A model generated the notes under the pieces. That model was not told the DNA's origin. It saw only the letters and a list, made by a program, of their open reading frames with translations, and made no database searches. Shown in pieces: positions 11,252 to 25,815 of a stretch of 64,000 nucleotides of DNA. Source of the DNA: Eledone cirrhosa (lineage: Eukaryota); NCBI GenBank assembly GCA_964016885.1, contig OZ024760.1, forward strand, positions 35,278,001-35,342,000. The letters run 5' to 3'. Made by a program: the position numbers and the translations under genes. Every line of letters starts with the position of its first letter. Position 1 is the first letter of the stretch.

Positions 11252-12972
11252 GAGAGTGCCATTACCTATGTTGGAAGGGAGCCGTTACCTATGTTGGGAG
11301 GGTGCCGTTACCTATGTTGGGAGAGTGCCGTTACCTATGTTGGGAGGGTGCCGTTACCTATGTTGGGAGAGTGCCGTTACCTATGTTGGGAGGGTGCCGT
11401 TACCTATGTTAGGAGGGTGCCGTTACCTATGTTGGAAGGTTTCCGTTGTCTATGTTGTGAGAGTGTCATTACCTATGTTGGGAGGGTGCCGTTAACTATG
11501 TTGGTAGTGTGCGTTACCTATGTTGGGTGAGTGCCGTTACCTATGTTGGGAGAGTGCCGTTACCTATGTTAGGACGGTGCCGTCACCTATGTTAGGAGGG
11601 TGCCGTTACCTATGTTGGGAGAGCGCCTTTATCTATGTTAGGAGGGTGCCGTTTCCTATGTTGGGAGAGTGCCATTCCCTATGTTGGGAGCGTGCCGGTA
11701 CCTATGTTAGGAGGGTGCCATTACCTATGTTGGAAGGGTGCCGTTACCTATGTTGGGAGGGTTCAGTTACCTATGTTGGGAGAGTGCCTTTACCTATGTT
11801 AGCAGGCTGCCATTTCCCATTTTAGGAGAGAGCCATTTCCTATGATAGGAGGTTGCCGTTACCTATGTTTGGAGGGTGCCATTACCTATGTTGGGAGAGT
11901 TCCGCTACCTATGTTGGAAGGGTGCCATTACCTATGTTGGGAGAGTGCCTTTAACTATGTTGGGAGAGTGCCATTACCTATGTTGGGAGAATGCCATTAC
12001 TTATATTAGGAGGATGCCGTTACCTATGTTGGGAGGGTGCCGTTAACTATGTTGGGAGAGTGCCGTTACCTCTGTTGGGAGGGTTCCGTTACCTATGTTG
12101 TGAGAGTGCCATTACCTATGTTGGAAGGGAGCCGTTACCTATGTTGGGAGGGTGCCGTTACCTATGTTGGGAGAGTGCCGTTACCTATGTTGGGAGGGTG
12201 CCGTTACCTATGTTGGGAGAGTGCCGTTACCTATGTTGGGAGGGTGCCGTTACCTATGTTAGGAGGGTGCCGTTACCTATGTTGGAAGGTTTCCGTTGTC
12301 TATGTTGTGAGAGTGTCATTACCTATGTTGGGAGGGTGCCGTTAACTATGTTGGTAGTGTGCGTTACCTATGTTGGGTGAGTGCCGTTTCCTATGTTGGG
12401 AGAGTGCCGTTACCTATGTTAGGACGGTGCCGTCACCTATGTTAGGAGGGTGCCGTTACCTATGTTGGGAGAGCGCCTTTATCTATGTTAGGAGGGTGCC
12501 GTTTCCTATGTTGGGAGAGTGCCATTCCCTATGTTGGGAGCGTGCCGGTACCTATGTTAGGAGGGTGCCATTACCTATGTTGGAAGGGTGCCGTTACCTA
12601 TGTTGGGAGGGTTCAGTTACCTATGTTGGGAGAGTGCCTTTACCTATGTTAGCAGGCTGCCATTTCCCATTTTAGGAGAGAGCCATTTCCTATGATAGGA
12701 GGTTGCCGTTACCTATGTTTGGAGGGTGCCATTACCTATGTTGGGAGAGTTCCGCTACCTATGTTGGAAGGGTGCCATTACCTATGTTGGGAGAGTGCCT
12801 TTAACTATGTTGGGAGAGTGCCATTACCTATGTTGGGAGAATGCCATTACTTATATTAGGAGGATGCCGTTACCTATGTTGGGAGGGTGCCGTTAACTAT
12901 GTTGGGAGAGTGCCGTTACCTCTGTTGGGAGGGTTCCGTTACCTATGTTGTGAGAGTGCCATTACCTATGTT
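11252..12972 (+). repeat. Near-perfect 850-bp tandem duplication (37 monomers, one of them 22 bp)
   Basis: TTGGAAGGGAGCC at 11271 and 12121; AGCAGGCTGCCATTTCCCATTTTAGG at 11801 and 12651; ORFs 11520..11825 and 12370..12675 differ by one residue. Confidence 0.92.
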
Positions 12973-14947
12973 AGGAGGGTGCCGTTACCTATATTGGGAG
13001 AGTGCCATTACCTATGTTAGAAGAGTGCATTTACCTATGTTGTAAGGGTGCCGTTACCTATGTTAGGAGTGTGCCGTTATCTATGTTTGGAAGGTTGCGT
13101 TACCTATGTTAGTAGGGTGCCATTACCTATGTTGGAAGGGTGCCGTTACCTATGTTGGAAGGTTTCCGTTGCCTATGTTGGGAGAGTGTCATTACCTATG
13201 TTGGGAGGGTGCCGTTATCTATGTTGGGAGAGTGCCGTTACATGTTAGGAGGGTTCCTTTACCTATGTTGGGAGGGTGCCGTTACCTATGTTGGGAGAGT
13301 GCCGTTACCTATGTTGGGAGGGTGCCGTTACCTACGTTTGGAGAGTGCAATTATCTATGTTAGGAGCGTGCCGTTTCCTATGTTGGGAGGGTGCCATTAC
13401 CTATGTTAGGAGGGTGCCATTACCTATGTTGGAAGGGTGCCGTTAACTATGTTGGGAGAGTGCCATTACCTAAGTTAGGAGGGTGCCGTTACCTATGTTA
13501 GGAGGGTTCCTTTACCTAAGTTGGAAGGGTGCCATTACCTATGTTGGAAGGGTGCCGTTACCTATGTTGGGAGATTGCTGTTACCTACGTTGGGAGGGTG
13601 CCGGTACCTATTTTGGGAGAGTGCCATTACCTATGTTGGGAGGGTGCCGTTACCTATGTTAGGAGGGTGCCATTAACTATGTTGGAAGGGAGCCGTTTCC
13701 TATGTTGGGATGGTGCCGTTACCTATGTTTGGAGAGTGCCGTTACCTATGTTGGGAGGGTGCCGTTACCTATGTTGAGAGAGTGCCGTTACCTATGTTGG
13801 GAGAGAGCCATTACATATGTTAGGAAGGTGCCATTACCTATGTTAGGAGGGTGCCGTTACCTATGTTAGGAGGGTGCCGTTACCTATGTTGGAAGGTTTC
13901 CGTTGCCTATGTTGGGAGAGTGTCATTACCTATGTTGGGAGGGTGCCGTTACCTATATTGGTAGGGTGCGTTACCTATGTTGGGTGAGTGCCGTTACCTA
14001 TGTAGGGAGAGTGCCGTTACCTATGTTAGGACGCTGACGTCACCTATGTTAGGAGGGTGCTGTTATCAATGTTGGGAGAGTGCCTTTATCTGTGTTAGGA
14101 GGGTGCCGTTTCCTATTTTGGGAGAGTGCCATTACCTATGTTAGGTGGGTGTATTACCTATGTTGGGAGAGTGCCGTTACCTATGTTAGGAGGTTGCCGT
14201 TACCTATGTTGGAAGAGTGCCATTACCTATGTTAGGTGGGTGCCGTTACCCATTTTGAGAGAGTGCCATTACCTATGATAGGAGGGTGCCGTTACCTATG
14301 TTGGGAGGGTGCCATTACCTATCTTGGGAGAGTTGCGTTACCTATGTTGGAAGGGTGCCATTACCTATGTTGGAAGGGTGCCGTTACCAATGATAGGAGC
14401 GTGCCGTTACCTATGTTGGGAGGGTGCCATTACCTATGTTGGGAGGGTGCCGTTACCTATGTTAGGAGTGTGCCGCTACCTATGTTGGGAGAGTGCCATT
14501 ACCTATGTTAGGTGGGTGCCGTTACCTATGTTAGGGGGGTGCCTTTGCCTATGTTAGGAGGGTGTTATTACCCATTTTGGGAGAGTGCCATTACCTATGA
14601 TAGGAGGGTGCCGTTACCTATGTTGGGAGGGTGCCATTAACTATACTGGGAGAGTTCCGTTACCTATGTTGGAAGGGTGCCATTAGCTATGTTGGGAGCG
14701 TGCCTTTACCTATGTTGGGAGTGTGCCCTTATCTATGTTGGGAGAGTGCCATTACCTATGTAGTGAGGGTGCCGTTACCTATGTTAGGAGGGTGCCGTTA
14801 CCTATGTTGGGAGGGTGCCATTACCTATGTTGCAAGGGTGCCATTACCTACGTTAGGAGGGTGCCATTACCTATGTTGGGAGAGTGTCGTTACCTATGTT
14901 GGGAGAGTGCCATTACCTATGTTAGTTGGTTGCCTTTATCTATGTTA

Positions 14948-17900
14948 GGAGGGTGCCATTACCCATTTGGGGAGAGTGCGATTACGTATGATAGGAGGGT
15001 GCCGTTACCTATGTTGGGAGGGTGTCATTACCTATGTTGGGAGAGTTCCGTTACCTATGTTGGAAGGGTGCCATTACCTATGTTGGGAGTGTGCCTTTAC
15101 CTATGTTGGGAGATTGCCAATTACCTATGTTAGGAGGGTGCCGTTACCTATGTTAGGAGGGTGCCATTACCTATGTTGGAAGTGTTTGATTACCTACGTT
15201 AGGAGGGTGCCATTACCTATGTTGGGAGAGTGCCATTACATATATTATGAGGATGCCGTTACCTATGTTGGGAGGGTGCCGTTAACTATGTTGGGAGAGT
15301 GCCATTACCTATGTTGGGAGGGTTCCGTTACCTATGTTGGGAGAGTGCCATTACCTATGTTAGAAGGGTGCATTTACATATGTTAGGCGGGTTCCTTTAC
15401 CTATGTTGGAAGGGTGCCGTTACCTATGTTAGGAGTGTACCGTTACCTATGTTGGAAGGGTGCCGTTACCTATGTTGTGAGAGTGCCAATACCTATGATA
15501 GGAGGTTGCCGTTACATATGTTAGGAGGGTTCCTTTACCTATGTTGGGAGGGTGCCGTTACCTATGTTGGGAGAGTACCGTTACCTATGTTGGGAGGGTG
15601 CCGTTATCTATGTTAGTAGGGTACCATTACCTATGTTGGAAGGGTGCCGTTACCTATGTTGTGAGAGTGCCAATACCTATGATAGGAGGTTGCCGTTACC
15701 TGTGTTGGGAGAGTGCCATTACCTATGTTAGGACGGTGCCGTTACCTATGTTAGGAGGGTGCCATTACCTATGTTGGAAGGGTGCCATTACCTACGTTAG
15801 GAGGGTGCCATTACCTATGTTGGGAGAGTGCCATTACTTATATAAGGAGGATGCCGTTACCTATGTTGGGAGGGTGCCGTTAACTATGTTGGGAGAGTGC
15901 CGTTACCTATGTTGGGAGGGTTCCGTTACCTATGTTGGGAGAGTGCCATTACCTATGTTAGGAGGGTGCCGTTACCTATGTTGGGAGAGTGCCATTACCT
16001 ATGTTAGAAGGGTTCATTTACCTATGTTAGGAGGGTGCCGTTACCTATGTTTGGAGGGTGCCGTTACCTATGTTAGTAGGGTGCCATTACCTATGTTGGA
16101 AGGGTAACGTTACCTATGTTGGGAGAGTGCCATTACCTATGTTAGGAGGTTGCCGTTACATATGTTAGGAGGGTTCCTTTACCTATGTTGGGAGGGTGCC
16201 GTTACCTATGTTGGGAGAGTACCGTTACCTATGTTGGGAGGGTGGCGTCACCTATGTTAGGAGGGTGCCGTTACCTATGTTGGGAGAGTGCAATTATCTA
16301 TGTTAGCATGGTACCGTTTCCTATGTTGGGAGGGTGTATTACCTATGTTAGGAGGGTGCCATTACCTATGTTAGGAGGATATATAACTTATATTAGGAGG
16401 ATGCCATTACCTATGTTAGGAGGGTCTATTAACTATGTTAGGAGGGTGCCATTACCTATGTTAGGAGGATATATTACTTATATTAGGATGCCATTACCTA
16501 TGTTAGGAGGGTGTATTACCTATGTTAGGAGGGTGCCATTACCTATGTTGGAAGGGTGCCGTTACCTATGTTAGGAGGGTGCCGTTACGTATGTTGGGAG
16601 GGTGCCGTTAACTATGTTGGGAGAGTGCCATTACCTATGTTAGGAGGGTGCCGTTACCTATGTTAGGAGGGTTCCTTTACCTAAGTTGGAAGGGTGCCAT
16701 TACCTATGTTGGGAGATAGCTGTTACCTACTTTGGGAGAGTGCCGTTACTTATGTTGGGAGGGTGCCGTTACCTATGTTGCGAGAGTGTCATTACCTGTG
16801 TTAGGAGGGTGCCATTACCTATGTTGGAAGGGTGCCGTTACCTCTGTTAGGAGGGTGCCGCTACATATGTTGGAAGGTTTCCGTTCCCTATGTTGGGAGA
16901 GTGTCATTACCTATGTTGGGAGGGTGCCGTTACCTATGTTGGTAGGGTGCGTTACCTATGTTGGGTGAGTTCCGTTACCTATGTTGGGAGAGTGCCGTTA
17001 CCTATGTTAGTACGGTGCCGTCACCTATGTTAGGAGGGTGCCGTTACCTATGTTGGGAGAGTGCCTTTATCTATGTTAGGAGGGTGCCGTTTCCTATGTT
17101 GGGAGAGTGCCATTACCTATGTTAGGAGGATGTATCACCTATGTTGGGAGAGTGCCATTCCCTATGTTGGGAGCGTGCCGTTACCTATGTTAGGAGGGTG
17201 CCATTACCTATGTTGGAAGGGTGCCATTACCTACGTTAGGAGGGTGCCATTACCTATGTTGCGAGAGTGCCGTTACCTATCTTAGGAGGGTGCCGTTACC
17301 TATGTTGGGAGAGTACAATTACCTATGTTAGGTGGGTGCCGTTACCTATGTTAGGAGGGTGCCTTTACCAATGTTCGGAGGGTGCCATTACCCATTTTGG
17401 GAGAGTGCGATTACCTATGATAGGATGGTGCCATTACCTATGTTGGGAGGGTGCCATTACCTATGTTGGGAGATTTCCGTTACCTATGTTGGAAGTGTGC
17501 CATTACCTATGTTGGGAGAGTGCCTTTACCTATGTTGGGAGAGTGCCATTACCTATGTAGGGAGGGTGCTGTTACCTATGTTGGGAGAGTTCCGTTACCT
17601 ATGTTGGAAGGGTGCCATTACCTATGTTGGGAGAGTGCCTTTACCTATGTTGGGAGAGTGCCATTACCTATGTAGGGAGGGTGCCGTTACCTATGTTAGG
17701 AGGGTACTGTTACCTATGTTGGGAGAGTGCCATTACCTATGTTAGGAGGGTGCTGTTACCTATGTTAGGAGGGGGCCATTACCTATGTTGGAAGGGTGCG
17801 ATTACCTACGTTAGGAGGGTGCCATTACCTATATTGGGAGAGTGCCATTACTTATATTAGGAGGATGCCGTTACCTATGTTGGGAGGGTTCCGTTACCAA

Positions 17901-20404
17901 TGTTGGGAGAGTGCCATTACCTATGTTGGGAGGGTTCCGTTACCTATGTTGGGAGACTGCCATTACCTATGTTGGAAGGGCGCCGTTACCTATATTAGGA
18001 GTGTGCCGTTACCTATGTTTGGAGGGTGCCGTTACCTATGTTAGTAGGGTGCCATTACCTATGTTGTGAGATTCCATTACCTATGTTAGGAGGTTGCCGT
18101 TACATATGTTAGGAGGTTTCCTATACCTATGTTGGGAGGGTTCCGTTACCTATGTTGGGAGAGTGCCGTTACCTATGTTGGGAGGGTGCCGTTACCTACG
18201 TTTGGAGAGTACTATTAACTAAGTTGGGAGAATGCCGTTACCTATCTTGGGAGGGTGTCATCACCTATGTTAGGATGGTGTCGTTACCTATGTTGGGAGA
18301 GTGCAATTATCTATGTTAGGGGGGTGCCGTTTCCTATGTTGGGAGGGTGCCATTACCTATGTTGGGAGATTGCTGTTACCTACGTTGGGAGGGTGCCCTT
18401 ACCTATGTTGGGAGAGTGCCATTACCTATGTTGAGAGGGTGCCGTTACCTATGTTATGAGGGTGCCATTAACTATGTTGGAAGGGAGCCGTTACCTATGT
18501 TGGGAGGGTGCCGTTACCTATGTTGGGAGAGTGCCGTTACCTATGTTGGGAGGGTGCCGTTACCTATGTTGAGAGAGTGCCGTTACCTATGTTGGGAGAG
18601 AGCCATTACCTATGTTAGGAAGGTGCCATTACCTATGTTAGGAGGGTGCCATTACCTATGTTGGAAGGGTGCCGTTACCTATGTTAGGAGGGTGCCGTTA
18701 CCTATGTTGGAAGGTTTCTGTTGCCTATGTTGGGAGAGTGTCATTACCTATGTCGGGTGGGTGCCGTTACCTATATTGGTAGGGTGCGTTACCTATGTTG
18801 GGTGAGTGCCGTTACCTATGTTGGGAGAGTGCCGTTACCTATGTTAGGACGCTGACGTCACCTATGTTAGGAGGGTGCCGTTATCTATGTTGGAAAAGTG
18901 CCTTTATCTATGTTAGGAGGGTGCCGTTTCCTATGTTGGGAGAGTGCCATTACCTATATTAGGAGGGTGTATTACCTATTTTGGGAGAGTGTCATTACCT
19001 ATGTTGGGAGGGTACCGTTACCTATGTAGGGAGAGTGCCGTTACCTATGTTAGGACGGTGCCGTCACCTATGTTAGGAGTTTGACGTTACATGTTAGGAG
19101 GGTTCCTTTACCTATGTTGGGAGGGTGCCGTTACCTATGTTGGGAGAGTGCCGTTACCTATGTTGGGAGGGTGCCGTTACCTACGTTTGGAGAGTACTAT
19201 TAACTAAGTTGGGAGAATGCCGTTACCTATCTTGGGAGGGTGGCATCACCTATGTTAGGATGGTGCCGTTACCTATGTTGGGAGAGTGCAATTATCTATG
19301 TTAGGAGGGTGCCGTTTCCTATGTTGGGAGGGTGCCATTACCTATGTTAGGAGGGTGTATTACCTATGTTAGATGGGTGCCATTACCTATGTTGGAAGGG
19401 TGCCGTTACCTATGTTAGGAGGGTGCCGTTACCTATATTGGGAGGGTGCCGTTAACTATGTTGGGAAAGTGCCATTACCTATGTTAGGAGGTTGCCGTTA
19501 CCTATGTTAGGAGGGTTCCTTTACCTAAGTTGGAAGGGTGCCATTACCTATGTTGGAAGGGTGCCGTTACCTATGTTAGGAGGGTGCCACTAACTATGTT
19601 GGAAGGGAGCCGTTACCTATGTTGGGAGAGAGCCATTACCTATGTTAGGAGGGTGCGTTACCTATGTTGGGAGAGTGCCATTACCTATGTTAGGAGGGTG
19701 CCGTTACCTATGTTGGGAGGGTGCCATTACCTATGTTGGGAGAGTGCCGTTACCTATGTTAGGAGGGTGTCGTTACCTATGTTGGGAGAGTGCCATTTCC
19801 TATGATAGGAGGGTGCCGTTACCTATGTTTGGAGGGTGCCATTACCTATGTTGGGAGAGTTCCGTTACCTATGTTGGAAGGGTGCCATTACCTATGTTGT
19901 GAGAGTGCCTTTAACTATGTTGGGAGAGTGCCATTACCTATGTAGGGAGGGTGCCGTTACCTATGGTAGGAGGGTACTGTTACCTATGTTGGGAGAGTGC
20001 CATTACCTATGTAAGAGGGTGCCGTTACCTATGTTGGGAGGGTTCCGTTACCTATGTTGGGAGAGTGCCATTACCTATGTTGGGAGGGTTCCGTTACCTA
20101 TGTTGGGAGAGTGCCATTACCTATGTTGGAAGGTTTCCGTTGCCTATGTTGGGAGAGTGCCATTACCTATGTTGGGAGGGTACCGTTACCTATGTAGGGA
20201 GAGTGCCGTTACCTATGTTGGGAGGGTGCCGTTACCTACGTTTGGAGAGTGCAATTATCTATGTTAGGAGGGTGCCATTACCTATGTTAGGAGGGTTCCT
20301 TTACCTAAGTTGGAAGGGTGCCATTACCTATGTTGGGAGATTGCTGTTACCTACGTTGGGAGGGTGCTGTTACCTATGTTGGGAGAGTGCCATTACCTAT
20401 GTTG
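14948..20404 (+). repeat. Higher-order repeat copy A (~5,457 bp, ~237 monomers)
   Basis: ORF triplets at constant offsets, e.g. 15541/20998/26409, 16185/21642/27053, 17267/22678/28135; starts near the marker ACCCATTTGGGGAGAGTGCGATTACGTATG (14961). Confidence 0.92.
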
Positions 20405-23400
20405 GGAGGGTGCCATTACCCATTTGGGGAGAGTGCGATTACGTATGATAGGAAGGTGCCGTTACCTATGTTGGGGGGGTGTCATTACCTATGTTGGGAG
20501 AGTTCCGTTACCTATGTTGGAAGGGTGCCATTACCTATGTTGGGAGTGTGCCTTTACCTATGTTGGGAGATTGCCAATTACCTATGTTAGGAGGGTGCCG
20601 TTACCTATGTTAGGAGGGTGCCATTACCTATGTTGGAAGTGTTTGATTACCTACGTTAGGAGGGTGCCATTACCTATGTTGGGAGAGTGCCATTACATAT
20701 ATTATGAGGATGCCGTTACCTATGTTGGGAGGGTGCCGTTAACTATGTTGGGAGAGTGCCATTACCTATGTTGGGAGGGTTCCGTTACCTATGTTGGGAG
20801 AGTGCCATTACCTATGTTAGAAGGGTGCATTTACATATGTTAGGCGGGTTCCTTTACCTATATTGGAAGGGTGCCGTTACCTATGTTAGGAGTGTACCGT
20901 TACCTATGTTGGAAGGGTGCCGTTACCTATGTTGTGAGAGTGCCAATACCTATGATAGGAGGTTGCCGTTACATATGTTAGGAGGGTTCCTTTACCTATG
21001 TTGGGAGGGTGCCGTTACCTATGTTGGGAGAGTACCGTTACCTATGTTGGGAGGGTGCCGTTATCTATGTTAGTAGGGTACCATTACCTATGTTGGAAGG
21101 GTGCCGTTACCTATGTTGTGAGAGTGCCAATACCTATGATAGGAGGTTGCCGTTACCTGTGTTGGGAGAGTGCCATTACCTATGTTAGGACGGTGCCGTT
21201 ACCTATGTTAGGAGGGTGCCATTACCTATGTTGGAAGGGTGCCATTACCTACGTTAGGAGGGTGCCATTACCTATGTTGGGAGAGTGCCATTACTTATAT
21301 AAGGAGGATGCCGTTACCTATGTTGGGAGGGTGCCGTTAACTATGTTGGGAGAGTGCCGTTACCTATGTTGGGAGGGTTCCGTTACCTATGTTGGGAAAG
21401 TGCCATTACCTATGTTAGGAGGGTGCCGTTACCTATGTTGGGAGAGTGCCATTACCTATGTTAGAAGGGTTCATTTACCTATGTTAGGAGGGTGCCGTTA
21501 CCTATGTTTGGAGGGTGCCGTTACCTATGTTAGTAGGGTGCCATTACCTATGTTGGAAGGGTAACGTTACCTATGTTGGGAGAGTGCCATTACCTATGTT
21601 AGGAGGTTGCCGTTACATATGTTAGGAGGGTTCCTTTACCTATGTTGGGAGGGTGCCGTTACCTATGTTGGGAGAGTACCGTTACCTATGTTGGGAGGGT
21701 GGCGTCACCTATGTTAGGAGGGTGCCGTTACCTATGTTGGGAGAGTGCAATTATCTATGTTAGCATGGTACCGTTTCCTATGTTGGGAGGGTGTATTACC
21801 TATGTTAGGAGGGTGCCATTACCTATGTTAGGAGGATATATAACTTATATTAGGAGGATGCCATTACCTATGTTAGGAGGGTCTATTAACTATGTTAGGA
21901 GGGTGCCATTACCTATGTTAGGAGGATATATTACTTATATTAGGATGCCATTACCTATGTTAGGAGGGTGTATTACCTATGTTAGGAGGGTGCCATTACC
22001 TATGTTGGAAGGGTGCCGTTACCTATGTTAGGAGGGTGCCGTTACGTATGTTGGGAGGGTGCCGTTAACTATGTTGGGAGAGTGCCATTACCTATGTTAG
22101 GAGGGTGCCGTTACCTATGTTAGGAGGGTTCCTTTACCTAAGTTGGAAGGGTGCCATTACCTATGTTGGGAGATAGCTGTTACCTACTTTGGGAGAGTGC
22201 CGTTACTTATGTTGGGAGGGTGCCGTTACCTATGTTGCGAGAGTGTCATTACCTGTGTTAGGAGGGTGCCATTACCTATGTTCGAAGGGTGCCGTTACCT
22301 CTGTTAGGAGGGTGCCGCTACATATGTTGGAAGGTTTCCGTTCCCTATGTTGGGAGAGTGTCATTACCTATGTTGGGAGGGTGCCGTTACCTATGTTGGT
22401 AGGGTGCGTTACCTATGTTGGGTGAGTTCCGTTACCTATGTTGGGAGAGTGCCGTTACCTATGTTAGTACGGTGCCGTCACCTATGTTAGGAGGGTGCCG
22501 TTACCTATGTTGGGAGAGTGCCTTTATCTATGTTAGGAGGGTGCCGTTTCCTATGTTGGGAGAGTGCCATTACCTATGTTAGGAGGATGTATCACCTATG
22601 TTGGGAGAGTGCCATTCCCTATGTTGGGAGCGTGCCGTTACCTATGTTAGGAGGGTGCCATTACCTATGTTGCGAGAGTGCCGTTACCTATCTTAGGAGG
22701 GTGCCGTTACCTATGTTGGGAGAGTACAATTACCTATGTTAGGTGGGTGCCGTTACCTATGTTAGGAGGGTGCCTTTACCAATGTTCGGAGGGTGCCATT
22801 ACCCATTTTGGGAGAGTGCGATTACCTATGATAGGATGGTGCCATTACCTATGTTGGGAGGGTGCCATTACCTATGTTGGGAGATTTCCGTTACCTATGT
22901 TGGAAGTGTGCCATTACCTATGTTGGGAGAGTGCCTTTACCTATGTTGGGAGAGTGCCATTACCTATGTAGGGAGGGTGCTGTTACCTATGTTGGGAGAG
23001 TTCCGTTACCTATGTTGGAAGGGTGCCATTACCTATGTTGGGAGAGTGCCTTTACCTATGTTGGGAGAGTGCCATTACCTATGTAGGGAGGGTGCCGTTA
23101 CCTATGTTAGGAGGGTACTGTTACCTATGTTGGGAGAGTGCCATTACCTATGTTAGGAGGGTGCTGTTACCTATGTTAGGAGGGGGCCATTACCTATGTT
23201 GGAAGGGTGCGATTACCTACGTTAGGAGGGTGCCATTACCTATATTGGGAGAGTGCCATTACTTATATTAGGAGGATGCCGTTACCTATGTTGGGAGGGT
23301 TCCGTTACCAATGTTGGGAGAGTGCCATTACCTATGTTGGGAGGGTTCCGTTACCTATGTTGGGAGACTGCCATTACCTATGTTGGAAGGGCGCCGTTAC

Positions 23401-25815
23401 CTATATTAGGAGTGTGCCGTTACCTATGTTTGGAGGGTGCCGTTACCTATGTTAGTAGGGTGCCATTACCTATGTTGTGAGATTCCATTACCTATGTTAG
23501 GAGGTTGCCGTTACATATGTTAGGAGGTTTCCTATACCTATGTTGGGAGGGTTCCGTTACCTATGTTGGGAGAGTGCCGTTACCTATGTTGGGAGGGTGC
23601 CGTTACCTACGTTTGGAGAGTACTATTAACTAAGTTGGGAGAATGCCGTTACCTATCTTGGGAGGGTGTCATCACCTATGTTAGGATGGTGCCGTTACCT
23701 ATGTTGGGAGAGTGCAATTATCTATGTTAGGGGGGTGCCGTTTCCTATGTTGGGAGGGTGCCATTACCTATGTTGGGAGATTGCTGTTACCTACGTTGGG
23801 AGGGTGCCGTTACCTATGTTGGGAGAGTGCCATTACCTATGTTGGGAGGGTGCCGTTACCTATGTTATGAGGGTGCCATTAACTATGTTGGAAGGGAGCC
23901 GTTACCTTTGTTGGGAGGGTGCCGTTACCTATGTTGGGAGAGTGCCGTTACCTATGTTGGGAGGGTGCCGTTACCTATGTTGAGAGAGTGCCGTTACCTA
24001 TGTTGGGAGAGAGCCATTACCTATGTTAGGAAGGTGCCATTACCTATGTTAGGAGGGTGCCATTACCTATGTTGGAAGGGTGCCGTTACCTATGTTAGGA
24101 GGGTGCCGTTACCTATGTTGGAAGGTTTCTGTTGCCTATGTTGGGAGAGTGTCATTACCTATGTCGGGTGGGTGCCGTTACCTATATTGGTAGGGTGCGT
24201 TACCTATGTTGGGTGAGTGCCGTTACCTATGTTGGGAGAGTGCCGTTACCTATGTTAGGACGCTGACGTCACCTATGTTAGGAGGGTGCCGTTATCTATG
24301 TTGGAAAAGTGCCTTTATCTATGTTAGGAGGGTGCCGTTTCCTATGTTGGGAGAGTGCCATTACCTATATTAGGAGGGTGTATTACCTATTTTGGGAGAG
24401 TGTCATTACCTATGTTGGGAGGGTACCGTTACCTATGTAGGGAGAGTGCCGTTACCTATGTTAGGACGGTGCCGTCACCTATGTTAGGAGTTTGACGTTA
24501 CATGTTAGGAGGGTTCCTTTACCTATGTTGGGAGGATGCCGTTACCTATGTTGGGAGAGTGCCGTTACCTATGTTGGGAGGGTGCCGTTACCTACGTTTG
24601 GAGAGTACTATTAACTAAGTTGGGAGAATGCCGTTACCTATCTTGGGAGGGTGGCATCACCTATGTTAGGATGGTGCCGTTACCTATGTTGGGAGAGTGC
24701 AATTATCTATGTTAGGAGGGTGCCGTTTCCTATGTTGGGAGGGTGCCATTACCTATGTTAGGAGGGTGTATTACCTATGTTAGATGGGTGCCATTACCTA
24801 TGTTGGAAGGGTGCCGTTACCTATGTTAGGAGGGTGCCGTTACCTATATTGGGAGGGTGCCGTTAACTATGTTGGGAAAGTGCCATTACCTATGTTAGGA
24901 GGTTGCCGTTACCTATGTTAGGAGGGTTCCTTTACCTAAGTTGGAAGGGTGCCATTACCTATGTTGGAAGGGTGCCGTTACCTATGTTAGGAGGGTGCCA
25001 CTAACTATGTTGGAAGGGAGCCGTTACCTATGTTGGGAGAGAGCCATTACCTATGTTAGGAGGGTGCGTTACCTATGTTGGGAGAGTGCCATTACCTATG
25101 TTAGGAGGGTGCCGTTACCTATGTTGGGAGGGTGCCATTACCTATGTTGGGAGAGTGCCGTTACCTATGTTAGGAGGGTGTCGTTACCTATGTTGGGAGA
25201 GTGCCATTTCCTATGATAGGAGGGTGCCGTTACCTATGTTTGGAGGGTGCCATTACCTATGTTGGGAGAGTTCCGTTACCTATGTTGGAAGGGTGCCATT
25301 ACCTATGTTGTGAGAGTGCCTTTAACTATGTTGGGAGAGTGCCATTACCTATGTAGGGAGGGTGCCGTTACCTATGGTAGGAGGGTACTGTTACCTATGT
25401 TGGGAGAGTGCCATTACCTATGTAAGAGGGTGCCGTTACCTATGTTGGGAGGGTTCCGTTACCTATGTTGGGAGAGTGCCATTACCTATGTTGGGAGGGT
25501 TCCGTTACCTATGTTGGGAGAGTGCCATTACCTATGTTGGAAGGTTTCCGTTGCCTATGTTGGGAGAGTGTCATTACCTATGTTGGGAGGGTACCGTTAC
25601 CTATGTAGGGAGAGTGCCGTTACCTATGTTGGGAGGGTGCCGTTACCTACGTTTGGAGAGTGCAATTATCTATGTTAGGAGGGTGCCATTACCTATGTTA
25701 GGAGGGTTCCTTTACCTAAGTTGGAAGGGTGCCATTACCTATGTTGGGAGATTGCTGTTACCTACGTTGGGAGGGTGCCGTTACCTATGTTGGGAGAGTG
25801 CCATTACCTATGTTG
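20405..25815 (+). repeat. Higher-order repeat copy B (~5,411 bp; 2-monomer deletion near 22660)
   Basis: Offset from copy A changes from 5457 to 5411 between ORFs starting at 22518 and 22678, i.e. loss of 46 bp. Confidence 0.92.
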
